From Grimontia hollisae CIP 101886 (GTDB taxonomy: Bacteria; Pseudomonadota; Gammaproteobacteria; Enterobacterales; Vibrionaceae), in assembly GCF_000176515.1 (NCBI RefSeq), contig NZ_ADAQ01000013.1:1361-25360 (forward strand): DNA of 24,000 nt, in the 5' to 3' direction. The translations under genes and the position numbers were made by a program. This document shows, piece after piece, positions 10,929-20,379 of this stretch. The notes below the pieces were generated by a model. That model had not been told where the DNA came from, did no database searches, and worked only from the letters and a program-made list of their open reading frames with translations. The first letter of the stretch is position 1. Each line of letters opens with the position of its first letter.

Positions 10929-11094
10929 TCATCTGGGCATTGTAAACAGCCACTTAGGGATGTACAAATTTTTAGTAAAACGCTGCTTTCAATGAAAGAG
11001 AGCTGTATTGCCATGATTCACATTTAAAACACAATACTCCCTTAGTTTGATTTAACTAAAACAGAACGGAGAAGCCATCTATTCGTCTTATTTT

Positions 11095-11110
11095 GTGGAA
11101 ACGTTTACAC
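11095..11110. promoter_or_regulatory. GalR/GalS operator upstream of galE
   Basis: GTGGAAACGTTTACAC. Its reverse complement GTGTAAACGTTTCCAC differs at one position from the E. coli gal OE sequence GTGTAAACGATTCCAC. Confidence 0.65.
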
Positions 11111-11263
11111 TGCTTGAGATTGATCACAGAACGGAGTAGGTGTTGGTTGCTAGACTTTTATCCAGTGAAGGGACGAGTGTATTGACATTGATGTGATTGA
11201 CATTGGGTTCGATCAGCATCATGGCGCGATATCAAACAGGAAGCAGTGAGTGGAGAAGCAAAA

Positions 11264-12283
11264 GTGAAAGTTCTTGTGACAGGCGGCCTGGGATACATCG
11301 GCAGCCACACATGCGTTCAGATGATTAACGCAGGTATAGAACCCATTATCGTTGACAACTTGTGTAACGCCAAACTGGAAGTGTTAAACCGTATTGACGC
11401 GCTCACCGGTAAACAGCCTATGTTTTACCAAGGTGACATTCGTGATGAGGCGTTTTTGGATTCGGTGTTCGCCAAACATGACATTCAGGCGGTGATTCAT
11501 TTCGCGGGCTTGAAAGCGGTGGGGGAATCAGTGGCAAAACCGCTGGAATACTACGATAACAACGTCAATGGCTCCTTGGTGTTGGTGCGCAGCATGCGTA
11601 AAGCGGGTGTAAAAAGCATCGTATTCAGCTCATCGGCAACGGTTTATGGCGATCCTGACATTGTGCCTATCACCGAAGACTCTCCAACCGGGGCGACAAC
11701 GAACCCTTACGGTCGCAGCAAATATATGGTGGAAGCCTGTTTGAGCGACTTGTTTCACGCAGAAAATGACTGGAGCATCACGTTGCTGCGTTACTTCAAC
11801 CCAGTTGGCGCGCACCCATCGGGCACTATGGGTGAAGATCCGCAAGGCATCCCAAATAACCTGATGCCGTTTATCGCCCAAGTCGCCGTTGGCCGCCGAG
11901 AAAAACTTTCGGTATTTGGAAGCGATTACCCAACACCAGATGGCACTGGTGTACGCGATTACATCCACGTCATGGATTTGGCCGATGGTCATATCGCTGC
12001 CCTCAAGTCCGTGGGCGAGAAACCGGGTTTGCACATTTACAACCTGGGTACAGGTAAAGGCTCCAGCGTGCTTGAGATGGTTGAAGCCTTCGCTGCCGCT
12101 TGCGGTAAACCTGTGCCGTATGAATTGTGCCCGCGTCGCCCTGGCGACATTGCCGAATGCTGGGCGAGCACGGAAAAAGCAGAGCGCGAATTGGGCTGGA
12201 AGGCAACACGCAGCGTGGCTGACATGACTGCCGATACGTGGAACTGGCAGTCAAAGAATCCAAACGGCTATTCCCCTGCGTGA
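11264..12283 (+). CDS. galE: UDP-glucose 4-epimerase, 339 aa
   Basis: Start moved to the GTG at 11264 (GGAGAAG at 11252-11258), giving MKVLVTGGLGYIGSHTCVQM. Rossmann GxxGxxG, catalytic YGRSK (YxxxK), and colinearity with E. coli GalE. Confidence 0.95.
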   Translation: MKVLVTGGLGYIGSHTCVQMINAGIEPIIVDNLCNAKLEVLNRIDALTGKQPMFYQGDIRDEAFLDSVFAKHDIQAVIHFAGLKAVGESVAKPLEYYDNNVNGSLVLVRSMRKAGVKSIVFSSSATVYGDPDIVPITEDSPTGATTNPYGRSKYMVEACLSDLFHAENDWSITLLRYFNPVGAHPSGTMGEDPQGIPNNLMPFIAQVAVGRREKLSVFGSDYPTPDGTGVRDYIHVMDLADGHIAALKSVGEKPGLHIYNLGTGKGSSVLEMVEAFAAACGKPVPYELCPRRPGDIAECWASTEKAERELGWKATRSVADMTADTWNWQSKNPNGYSPA

Positions 12284-12365
12284 TTGAAGCCGCAGCGCTG
12301 TTTGTTGTGCTTCTCACGCTTTTGAGAAGTCCATTTAGGAGCATTTTTAAGAGTTGAGTAATAAA

Positions 12366-13418
12366 ATGTCGAATGTTGAATTTAACCCAGTGGATCACCC
12401 CCACCGTCGTTACAATCCACTGACGGGGCAATGGATTCTGGTTTCCCCTCACCGTGCAAAACGTCCTTGGAGTGGTGCGGATGAGAAGCCAGCACTGGAT
12501 GAGCTACCAAGCTACGACGATAAATGTTTCCTTTGCCCGACCAATACGCGTATCTCTGGTGATGTCAATCCAGATTACTCAGGCACATACGTGTTTAATA
12601 ACGATTTTGCCGCGTTGATGGTGGATTCGCCAGAGGCGCCAGAGTCAGACAATCCACTATTTAAAACTCAGGGGGTGCGCGGTTTGAGCCGTGTCATTTG
12701 TTTCTCTCCTGATCACAGTAAAACTTTACCAGAGCTACCCGTCGACAAAATCCGTGGTGTGATTGACACATGGAACGAACAAATCGAAGAACTGGGTAAA
12801 GACTACATTTGGGTTCAGGCGTTCGAGAACAAAGGCGAAACCATGGGGTGCTCCCAACCGCATCCACATGGACAAATCTGGGCGAACAGTTTTTTACCCA
12901 ATGAAATTGAACGCAAAGAGCAAAATCTAAAAGCGTACTACCAACAACATGGCAGCAACCTGCTGGTGGACTATATGCAGGCTGAACTCAAAGATGGCTC
13001 GCGCATTGTGGTTGAAACTGAGCACTGGGTGGCGCTTGTCCCGTATTGGGCGGCGTGGCCATTCGAAACCATGTTGCTGCCGAAAACGCACATCCGTCGA
13101 ATGAATGAGTTGAATGATGCGCAACGGGATGACCTTGCCGTCGCCATCAAAAAACTGACCAGCCGTTACGACAATTTATTCCAATGTGCTTTCCCATACT
13201 CAATGGGTTGGCACTACGCGCCTTTCTTTGAACAAGGCACCGACATCGACCATTGGCAGCTTCACGCACTCTTTTACCCGCCACTGCTTCGCAGCGCCAC
13301 CGTTCGTAAGTTCATGGTGGGCTATGAAATGCTGGCAGAAAGTCAACGCGATCTTACTGCAGAGCAAGCGGCGCAGCGTCTGCGTGATGTCAGTGATGTG
13401 CACTACAAAGAACAGTAA
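12366..13418 (+). CDS. galT: Galactose-1-phosphate uridylyltransferase, 350 aa
   Basis: [30 protein letters not shown], and active-site HPHGQ in [13 protein letters not shown]. The ATG at 12366 is preferred over the TTG at 12354, but the start remains uncertain by 4 codons. Confidence 0.95.
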   Translation: MSNVEFNPVDHPHRRYNPLTGQWILVSPHRAKRPWSGADEKPALDELPSYDDKCFLCPTNTRISGDVNPDYSGTYVFNNDFAALMVDSPEAPESDNPLFKTQGVRGLSRVICFSPDHSKTLPELPVDKIRGVIDTWNEQIEELGKDYIWVQAFENKGETMGCSQPHPHGQIWANSFLPNEIERKEQNLKAYYQQHGSNLLVDYMQAELKDGSRIVVETEHWVALVPYWAAWPFETMLLPKTHIRRMNELNDAQRDDLAVAIKKLTSRYDNLFQCAFPYSMGWHYAPFFEQGTDIDHWQLHALFYPPLLRSATVRKFMVGYEMLAESQRDLTAEQAAQRLRDVSDVHYKEQ

Positions 13419-13498
13419 CCTTCTTCATTGTTGACGTGTCACTTAGCTGCAAGCATTGATGAAAAGAAGTAAGCAAATTTTACGTTTAGGAATCCCAT

Positions 13499-14659
13499 AT
13501 GTCTGATCTAATCCAAGCGGTTAAAGCGTCTTTCGAACAAGTGTTGGGCTATGCGCCCAGCCATATCATCCAAGCGCCCGGCCGTGTGAACCTGATTGGT
13601 GAGCACACCGATTACAACGACGGTTTTGTTTTGCCATGTGCCATTAACTACCAAACCGTAGTGGCGGCAGCAAAGCGTGAAGACAATATCGTTCGTGTCG
13701 TGTCAGTGGATTACGGCAATGCAGTTGATGAATTCGATATCACCCAGGAAATCACTTTCCAACAAGACAAAATGTGGGCGAACTATATCCGCGGTGTGGT
13801 GAAGTGCCTTCTTGCGCGCGGCTACCTGTTCACCGGTGCGGATATCTCGGTGAGCGGTAACGTGCCTCAAGGGGCAGGATTGAGCTCATCCGCGGCATTG
13901 GAAGTGGTGATTGGCCAAACCTTTAAAGTGCTGTTCAATCTTGAGATCAGCCAAGCGGAAATCGCGTTAAACGGTCAGCAAGCCGAGAACGAATTTGTCG
14001 GTTGTAACTGCGGCATCATGGATCAAATGATTTCAGCGGAAGGTCGTGAAAACCACGCCATGCTATTGGACTGCCGCAGTCTGGAAACCCAAGCGGTCTC
14101 TATGCCAAAAGACATGGCGGTGGTGATCATCAACTCGAATAAAAAACGTGGCTTGGTAGACAGCGAATACAACACTCGTCGTCAGCAGTGTGAAGAAGCC
14201 GCGCGTATCTTCGGCGTGAAAGCGCTGCGTGATGTGACGATTGAACAGTTCAATGAGAAAGTCGCTGAGCTCGATGAAATGGTGGCAAAACGCGCCCGTC
14301 ACGTGATCACAGAAAACGATCGCACTGTTGAAGCGGCGCAAGCGCTACGAGCACACGACATGAAGCGCATGGGCGAGCTGATGGCTGAGTCACATGCATC
14401 CATGCGCGATGATTTCGAAATCACGGTAGAAGAAATCGATACGTTGGTTGAGATTGTGAAAGACGTGATTGGCGAGCAAGGCGGCGTGCGCATGACGGGT
14501 GGTGGTTTTGGTGGCTGTATTGTAGCGCTTGTACCACCGGCACTGGTTGGCGAAGTGAAAGCAGCCGTAGACGCGAAATATCCGGCGGCAACGGGCTTAA
14601 AAGCCTCGATTTATGTTTGCCAAGCCAAAGATGGTGCAGGTCTGGTTGAAGTGTTGTAA
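13499..14659 (+). CDS. galK: Galactokinase, 386 aa
   Basis: Galactokinase signature [19 protein letters not shown], and GHMP ATP motif [21 protein letters not shown]. Confidence 0.95.
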   Translation: MSDLIQAVKASFEQVLGYAPSHIIQAPGRVNLIGEHTDYNDGFVLPCAINYQTVVAAAKREDNIVRVVSVDYGNAVDEFDITQEITFQQDKMWANYIRGVVKCLLARGYLFTGADISVSGNVPQGAGLSSSAALEVVIGQTFKVLFNLEISQAEIALNGQQAENEFVGCNCGIMDQMISAEGRENHAMLLDCRSLETQAVSMPKDMAVVIINSNKKRGLVDSEYNTRRQQCEEAARIFGVKALRDVTIEQFNEKVAELDEMVAKRARHVITENDRTVEAAQALRAHDMKRMGELMAESHASMRDDFEITVEEIDTLVEIVKDVIGEQGGVRMTGGGFGGCIVALVPPALVGEVKAAVDAKYPAATGLKASIYVCQAKDGAGLVEVL

Positions 14660-14668
14660 GGACCTATA

Positions 14669-15733
14669 ATGAAGGCATATTTTGAACAACTAAAACAAGC
14701 GATGTCGCAAACGCCATCGTTTGACGGTCATGCTGCAAATCTGATCCATCTGACTAACGCGAATGGCATGACAGCATCGTTTATGGATATTGGTGCGACG
14801 TGGTTGAGCTGTACGCTGCCAGTGAATGGTGAAACGCGTGAAGTGTTATTGCGTTCGCCGAATATGGCAGAGCACATGAAGCAAGACGCTTACTTTGGTG
14901 CCATTGTTGGCCGATTCGCCAACCGAATTGCAAAAGGTCAATTTGAGCTAGAGGGTAAGCAGTATCAACTGGGTATCAATAACGGTGAAAACTCACTCCA
15001 CGGAGGCTTGGATGGGTTTGATAAACGCCGCTGGAAAGTCGAAGAACAAAGCGATCAACATGTGATTTTTTCGCTTCACTCACCCGACGGTGACCAAGGT
15101 TATCCGGGCAAGCTCGATGTTAAGGTCACGTATACGCTCACTGACGAGAATGAGTTGGTTATTGCCTATGAAGCGACAACCGATAAAACATCGCCAGTGA
15201 ATTTAACCAATCACGCGTACTTTAACTTGGCGGGTGAAGCGAGCAACGCGAAAAGCTTGGATCACACATTGCAGCTTCACGCAGCGCATTACTTGCCAAC
15301 GGATGCGGGGTTAATTCCTACCGGTGAACAAAAGCCTGTTTCAGGTACCAGTTTTGATTTCACTGAGCCAAAACCGATTGGCCAAGAATTTCTGGCTGAG
15401 CAGGATCAGAAAACGGCTGGTGGCTACGATCATGCCTTTGTGTTCAAACCTGAAGTGACGGATGGTGAGTCTGTCGTCGCGATTTTGGTTGCCCCAAATG
15501 AAGACGTGGTGATGAAGGTCAAGACCACCAAACCTGCTATCCAGTTCTATTCAGGGAATTTCTTAGCGGGTACGCCGGGTGCGAGTAAAACCTATGAACG
15601 CTATGACGGCCTGGCTTTGGAAACGCAATACTTTCCAGACGGGCCAAACAAACCCGGGTGGGGATGTAACAATGGGGTGTTGAGAGCAGGGGACTGCTAC
15701 CAGCATCAGACAGTGTATCAGTTTGAATTTTAG
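14669..15733 (+). CDS. galM: Aldose 1-epimerase (galactose mutarotase), 354 aa
   Basis: FGAIVGRFANRIA...NGENSLHGG...TNHAYFNL are mutarotase motifs. Fourth gene of the gal operon, 9 nt after galK. Confidence 0.9.
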   Translation: MKAYFEQLKQAMSQTPSFDGHAANLIHLTNANGMTASFMDIGATWLSCTLPVNGETREVLLRSPNMAEHMKQDAYFGAIVGRFANRIAKGQFELEGKQYQLGINNGENSLHGGLDGFDKRRWKVEEQSDQHVIFSLHSPDGDQGYPGKLDVKVTYTLTDENELVIAYEATTDKTSPVNLTNHAYFNLAGEASNAKSLDHTLQLHAAHYLPTDAGLIPTGEQKPVSGTSFDFTEPKPIGQEFLAEQDQKTAGGYDHAFVFKPEVTDGESVVAILVAPNEDVVMKVKTTKPAIQFYSGNFLAGTPGASKTYERYDGLALETQYFPDGPNKPGWGCNNGVLRAGDCYQHQTVYQFEF

Positions 15734-15743
15734 AGAGTATTTA

Positions 15744-15777
15744 AGGTGGGTTACATGCCTGCCTTTTTTGTTTTTTT
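15744..15777 (+). terminator. Rho-independent terminator of galETKM
   Basis: Stem aggtggg (15744-15750) / cctgcct (15758-15764) with two G-U pairs, loop ttacatg, followed by TTTTTTGTTTTTTT. Confidence 0.7.
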
Positions 15778-15874
15778 GCATCATCTACCCACCAAACAGC
15801 CTCTCCATCAATGACTGCGCCAAGGGAAGTGAACACAATCATGGATATGCTGTGACGTTTTCTATTGGCCTTGT

Positions 15875-15890
15875 TTGTTATCGTTTACAT
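15875..15890. promoter_or_regulatory. Distal GalR-like operator upstream of sglT
   Basis: TTGTTATCGTTTACAT. Its rc is 12/16 to E. coli OE and shares ATCGTTTACA with the proximal site. Confidence 0.4.
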
Positions 15891-16014
15891 TCATGTATAT
15901 TCAATGAATTCTATGCAAAAAATATTCAGTTATGTATTTGCGTACATTGACCATTTATAGGTGTTTAGAACAAAGATTCATCAATATATGTGATTTTAGT
16001 TGCGTTTTGTTTGT

Positions 16015-16030
16015 ATGGTATCGTTTACAC
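16015..16030. promoter_or_regulatory. Proximal GalR operator upstream of sglT
   Basis: ATGGTATCGTTTACAC. Its rc GTGTAAACGATACCAT is 14/16 to E. coli OE. It is 13/16 to the galE operator in this window. Lies 37 nt before the sglT ATG. Confidence 0.55.
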
Positions 16031-16066
16031 TGCGTGGCGTAAGTGAAGTTACTATAGGATAAACAA

Positions 16067-17698
16067 ATGTCTAATATAACGCATGGCCTTAGCGGTATTG
16101 ACATAATGGTATTCGCCATTTATGTCGCCATTATTATTGGTGTCGGGCTTTGGGTTTCCCGTGATAAAAAAGGGGCTCAAAAAAGTACAGAAGACTATTT
16201 CTTGGCGGGCAAATCTCTGCCTTGGTGGGCTGTTGGGGCATCCCTGATCGCTGCTAACATTTCTGCCGAGCAGTTTATCGGTATGTCTGGTTCAGGCTTT
16301 TCTATTGGTTTGGCCATTGCGTCATACGAATGGATGGCAGCCATTACGTTGATTATCGTCGGTAAATACTTCTTGCCTATTTTTATTGAAAAGGGCATCT
16401 ACACTATCCCCGAGTTTGTCGAGAAGCGTTTCAATAAGCAGCTTAAAACCATTTTAGCGATTTTCTGGATTTCACTTTACATTTTTGTCAACCTCACTTC
16501 TGTACTGTACTTGGGTGGTTTGGCGCTGGAAACGATTCTGGGCATCCCATTAATGTACTCAATTGTGGGTCTGGCTCTGTTTGCTTTGGTTTACTCAGTT
16601 TATGGTGGTCTATCTGCGGTCGTATGGACAGACGTGATTCAGGTATTCTTCCTGGTCCTCGGTGGCTTTATGACAACCTTTATGGCAGTGAGCTACATTG
16701 GAGGTGCTGATGGTTGGTTAGCCGGTATGTCAAAAATGGCGGAAGCAGCACCCGGTCACTTCGAGATGATCCTTGACCCAAGCAACCCACAATATATGAA
16801 CCTGCCTGGTATCGCAGTACTGATTGGTGGTCTGTGGGTAGCCAACTTGTACTATTGGGGGTTCAACCAGTACATCATCCAAAGAACATTGGCAGCGAAG
16901 TCCGTCGCGGAAGCGCAAAAAGGTATCGTATTTGCCGCATTCTTAAAACTTATTGTTCCATTCCTTGTGGTTATTCCAGGTATCGCTGCGTATGTCATCA
17001 CCTCTGATGCACAATTAATGGCGGGTCTTGGAGAAGCAGGGGCATCAAATTTACCTAGCGCGGCACATGCGGACAAAGCGTACCCTTGGTTGACTCAATT
17101 TCTCCCTGTTGGTGTGAAAGGCATCGTCTTTGCGGCACTGGCAGCTGCTATCGTGTCGTCACTGGCATCTATGCTTAACTCAACCGCAACCATTTTTACG
17201 ATGGACATCTACAAAGAGTACATTGCACCAGAGTCGGGTGACCATAAACTGGTTAACGTGGGTCGTGCGGCTGCGGTTTGTGCACTTGTCATTGCCTGTT
17301 TTATCGCCCCAATGCTAGGGGGTATCGGTCAAGCATTTCAATATATTCAAGAGTACACAGGTCTGGTTAGCCCAGGTATTCTAGCCGTGTTCCTGCTGGG
17401 TCTATTCTGGAAGAAAACAACCAGTAAAGGTGCCATTGTTGGTGTGATTGCGTCGATTCCATTCGCGTTGTTCTTAAAATTCATGCCACTATCAATGCCA
17501 TTCATGAATCAGATGCTATATACCTTGTTATTCACTATTGTAGTGATTGCGTTCACGAGTCTGAGTACTTCTGTTAACGATGACGATCCAAAAGGTATCA
17601 GCGTTACAGCCTCTTTGTTTGCGACTGATCGTAGTTTTAACATCGCGTCATACGGCATTATGATCATACTCACCGTGCTTTATACACTCTTCTGGTAA
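16067..17698 (+). CDS. sglT: Sodium/galactose(glucose) cotransporter, SSS family (vSGLT orthologue), 543 aa
   Basis: Same length as, and long identical stretches with, my recollection of V. parahaemolyticus vSGLT: MSNITHGLSGIDIMVFAIYVAIIIGVGLWVSRDKK..., YFLAGKSLPWWAVGASLIAANISAEQFIGMSGSG, ...VANLYYWGFNQYIIQRTLAAKS... Confidence 0.95.
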   Translation: MSNITHGLSGIDIMVFAIYVAIIIGVGLWVSRDKKGAQKSTEDYFLAGKSLPWWAVGASLIAANISAEQFIGMSGSGFSIGLAIASYEWMAAITLIIVGKYFLPIFIEKGIYTIPEFVEKRFNKQLKTILAIFWISLYIFVNLTSVLYLGGLALETILGIPLMYSIVGLALFALVYSVYGGLSAVVWTDVIQVFFLVLGGFMTTFMAVSYIGGADGWLAGMSKMAEAAPGHFEMILDPSNPQYMNLPGIAVLIGGLWVANLYYWGFNQYIIQRTLAAKSVAEAQKGIVFAAFLKLIVPFLVVIPGIAAYVITSDAQLMAGLGEAGASNLPSAAHADKAYPWLTQFLPVGVKGIVFAALAAAIVSSLASMLNSTATIFTMDIYKEYIAPESGDHKLVNVGRAAAVCALVIACFIAPMLGGIGQAFQYIQEYTGLVSPGILAVFLLGLFWKKTTSKGAIVGVIASIPFALFLKFMPLSMPFMNQMLYTLLFTIVVIAFTSLSTSVNDDDPKGISVTASLFATDRSFNIASYGIMIILTVLYTLFW

Positions 17699-17712
17699 GT
17701 AAACGGTTAATG

Positions 17713-17746
17713 AAGCTCCGCGATCACTGGCGGAGCTTTTTTGTTT
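17713..17746 (+). terminator. Rho-independent terminator after sglT
   Basis: Perfect 9-bp stem aagctccgc (17713-17721) / gcggagctt (17730-17738), followed by a T-run (TTTTTTGTTTT). Confidence 0.75.
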
Positions 17747-17799
17747 TGAACCGTTTTTCGTTTGTTATTTCTTTTCTTATGACGGGGGATGGAGAGCAG

Positions 17800-19644
17800 A
17801 TGGATTCTACTTTGCTACCTAATGTTGTTGCGTTTCTTAAAACGATTGACCCCTTCTCTCAGTTGCCGGATGAGACGTTAGACAGTATCGCCTGTGAAGC
17901 GGATATTTTGTTTTGGGGACAACAACAAAAAATGACGCTAAACGATGTCTCCGATCGTAGCTTGTATATCATCCGTTCAGGTGTGATCGAGCAGCGTTTT
18001 CCCAATGGTAATCTCAGGTCACGACTTGGTAAAAATGACCTGTTTGGTTTTAATTTAGCGCAAGACAACTACAGCATTGAAACCGTTGAAAGCTGCTTGG
18101 TATACAGGTTTAACTATACGTCGTTGCTCGAGAAACTCGTTAATTTTGAATCTGTTGTCGATCAACTCTCCAGTAGCGCCAACCACCGTCTAAAATCCCG
18201 GGTTGACAGTGAGTTGATGGAAGCAGGGAAGGGCATCTATTTTAAGCCGGTAAAAGAGGTCGCTTATTGCGATGTGGTGACGGTGACACCGAGTACATCG
18301 ATTCAGCAAGTGGCAAAACAGATGCGTGACCACCAAGGCAGTACCTGCGCATTGGTTCTTGATGATGGTGCGCTGGTAGGCATTGTCAGTCAGCGCAATC
18401 TCAGCAATCGCGTCGTAGCAGAAGCCATGGATGTTTCTGCCCCAATTCGCGATGTGATGACACCTGACCCCTACACTCTCAGGCAAGATGAATTGGTACT
18501 CTCTGCGGTTAATCTGATGATGAAGCACAATGTCCAACACGTCCCCATCATCGATGCAGATAAGCATGTCCTTGGTTTGGTTACGCCCAAGCAATTAGTG
18601 CAAAAACATGGCGTACAAGCCATCTACCTGATTGAAAAAATTCGCAATTGCAATACGTTAGATGCATTAGCAACGCTAACCCCGTTGCGCCAATCGGTAT
18701 TTGAGGCGATGGTCGAAGCGCGTATGCCCGCGCAGACTATTGGTCAAGTGCTGACGATGATTTACGATGTGTTTACTTCTCAATTGTTGAAGATGGCTGA
18801 GCAGGCCATTGGCAAGCCACCTTGTCGCTATGCCTGGATCGTTGCAGGATCGCATGCAAGGTCGGAAGTGCATTTAGGCTCAGATCAAGACAACGCTTTG
18901 GTGCTCGAAGATTGCGCGACAGAAGCGGATAGGATCTACTTTCAACATTTCGCCATGTTTGTCTGTAAAGGGTTGGCAGCATGTGGATACTCACTGTGCA
19001 GTGGGCGTTTTATGGCTGCGACGTCAAAATGGAATCAACCACTTTATATCTGGCGGCAATATTACCGAAAATGGGCGAACAACCCCGAATATGACATGTT
19101 GCTCAACCTGAATGTATTTTTAGAAATACGTTTGATAGCGGGAGATGAAAGCCTGTTTGAGCAATTAGAACAACATCGTCACCAGTGCGTGACACACAAC
19201 CCGCGCCTGATGTCTGCCTTGGTTAGAAATCTACTCAGAGAGCGACCACCACTTGGCATATTCAATAACTTAGTGTTAGAGAGGGATCAGAGTGATGGAA
19301 AAATGCTGAATATCAAAAAAGCAGCGATTGGTTTGCTGGTAGACATGGCAAGAATTTATGCGCTCAGTGAGGGGGGAGAAATGAATTCGACGGAGGAGCG
19401 AATTCAATTTGCCTATGACCAAGGACTCATCAACGAAAGCTCTTATCAAGATTTGATCGGCGCTTATCGCTATGTTACGCAACTGCGCTATACACATCAT
19501 CTCCACTGTATTAGAGAAGGACATGGTGTCAGCAACGCGATTTATCCTGAGCGATTTGGCAGTTTTGAACGTCAACATTTGAAAGATGCGTTTCGTATTA
19601 TTGGTGGTTATCAAGACGCGTTAAAAATGAAGTTTGGGTCTTAA
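17800..19644 (+). CDS. cNMP-binding-like + tandem CBS + DUF294 (GlnD-like) nucleotidyltransferase-domain protein, 614 aa
   Basis: Start set at the ATG at 17800 (GGAGAG RBS). The ORF-track N-terminal extension overlaps the sglT terminator. Two CBS motifs (VVTVTPSTSIQQVAKQM...ALVGIVSQRNL and VMTPDPYTLRQDELVLSAVNLMMKHNVQHVPII...VLGLVTPKQL). NTase core GSHARSEVHLGSDQD (nt 18847-18891). Helical C-terminal domain. Confidence 0.8.
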   Translation: MDSTLLPNVVAFLKTIDPFSQLPDETLDSIACEADILFWGQQQKMTLNDVSDRSLYIIRSGVIEQRFPNGNLRSRLGKNDLFGFNLAQDNYSIETVESCLVYRFNYTSLLEKLVNFESVVDQLSSSANHRLKSRVDSELMEAGKGIYFKPVKEVAYCDVVTVTPSTSIQQVAKQMRDHQGSTCALVLDDGALVGIVSQRNLSNRVVAEAMDVSAPIRDVMTPDPYTLRQDELVLSAVNLMMKHNVQHVPIIDADKHVLGLVTPKQLVQKHGVQAIYLIEKIRNCNTLDALATLTPLRQSVFEAMVEARMPAQTIGQVLTMIYDVFTSQLLKMAEQAIGKPPCRYAWIVAGSHARSEVHLGSDQDNALVLEDCATEADRIYFQHFAMFVCKGLAACGYSLCSGRFMAATSKWNQPLYIWRQYYRKWANNPEYDMLLNLNVFLEIRLIAGDESLFEQLEQHRHQCVTHNPRLMSALVRNLLRERPPLGIFNNLVLERDQSDGKMLNIKKAAIGLLVDMARIYALSEGGEMNSTEERIQFAYDQGLINESSYQDLIGAYRYVTQLRYTHHLHCIREGHGVSNAIYPERFGSFERQHLKDAFRIIGGYQDALKMKFGS

Positions 19645-19645
19645 C

Positions 19646-20365
19646 ATGTTTAAGAGAAATTCATGGAAAGCGGAAGGGTTAATCAATGAGCGAGTTTGCG
19701 CACAGCACCATTACCTTACAAGGGAACAGTGGCCATCTTCGTTGAGTGCGTTGATTGATATGCCACTACCAAGTGCATCTTCAGATCTTAAGTCACTTGA
19801 CACGCTGGTATTGGACTTTGAGACCAGTGGTCTTGACCCAGAGCAAGATAAGGTCCTGAGTATGGGCTGGGTTGAGATCCGCCAGAGCCAAATCCGCTTG
19901 AGCAGTGCTCGCCATATATTGGTGAATCAGCCTGTTTTGAACGGATATGAATCGGCAAGAATTCATCACCTAAGGCCAGAAACACTACGTAATTGTGGAG
20001 TGAGTGAGCACCATGCGTTTTCGCAACTGTTTGATGTAATGAAAGGGAAAGTCATAGTGGCTCATGGTAGCGTAATAGAAAAGCGCTTTTTAGCGCGTTA
20101 TCTCACTCTGCACTATGGACAAATCAATTTACCACTGGTTTGGCTCGATACATTAAAAATCGAACAATATCGTGAGCAGTTAAGACAGGTGTGCCGCGAT
20201 TGGCGTTTGAGCTCGGTAAGAGCGGCACACGGTTTACCGGACTACCAGGCACATAATGCACTCAATGACGCGATTGCCACAGCAGAGTTGTATTTAGCGC
20301 AAGTTCACCGCTTATTTGATCATCAACGCGCACCGTTGCATGTTTTGGCCCGTATTTCGAGTTAA
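19646..20365 (+). CDS. DEDDh 3'-5' exonuclease, DnaQ/epsilon-like, 239 aa
   Basis: ATG at 19646, one nt after the upstream TAA (19642-19644). Exo I LVLDFETSGLD, Exo II-like VIVAHGSVIEKRFL, Exo III HNALNDAIATAELYL. Confidence 0.8.
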   Translation: MFKRNSWKAEGLINERVCAQHHYLTREQWPSSLSALIDMPLPSASSDLKSLDTLVLDFETSGLDPEQDKVLSMGWVEIRQSQIRLSSARHILVNQPVLNGYESARIHHLRPETLRNCGVSEHHAFSQLFDVMKGKVIVAHGSVIEKRFLARYLTLHYGQINLPLVWLDTLKIEQYREQLRQVCRDWRLSSVRAAHGLPDYQAHNALNDAIATAELYLAQVHRLFDHQRAPLHVLARISS

Positions 20366-20379
20366 ATACGGTGGACTAA

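Noticed and set aside
11362-11376. Internal galE operator (OI-like) GTGTAACGCCAAACT
   Set aside because: Only the left half resembles a GalR half-site, and the right half does not. It also lies roughly 100 nt into the galE ORF (nt 99-113), deeper than I recall for the E. coli OI position.
15723-15950. 75-aa + strand ORF downstream of galM
   Set aside because: It starts inside the galM 3' end, reads straight through the rho-independent terminator, and has a hydrophobic, low-complexity translation with no RBS.
15989-16004. CRP site TGTGAttttagTTGCG upstream of sglT (similar half-sites near 9761 and 15851)
   Set aside because: Only the left half-site matches TGTGA-N6-TCACA, and the right halves are poor. 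I did not see a convincing two-half-site CRP box in any of the sugar promoters.
20366-20379. Expected bidirectional terminator between the convergent exonuclease and galR genes
   Set aside because: The gap is only 14 nt and contains no stem-loop. Any termination signal must lie inside the coding regions, and I could not identify one confidently.
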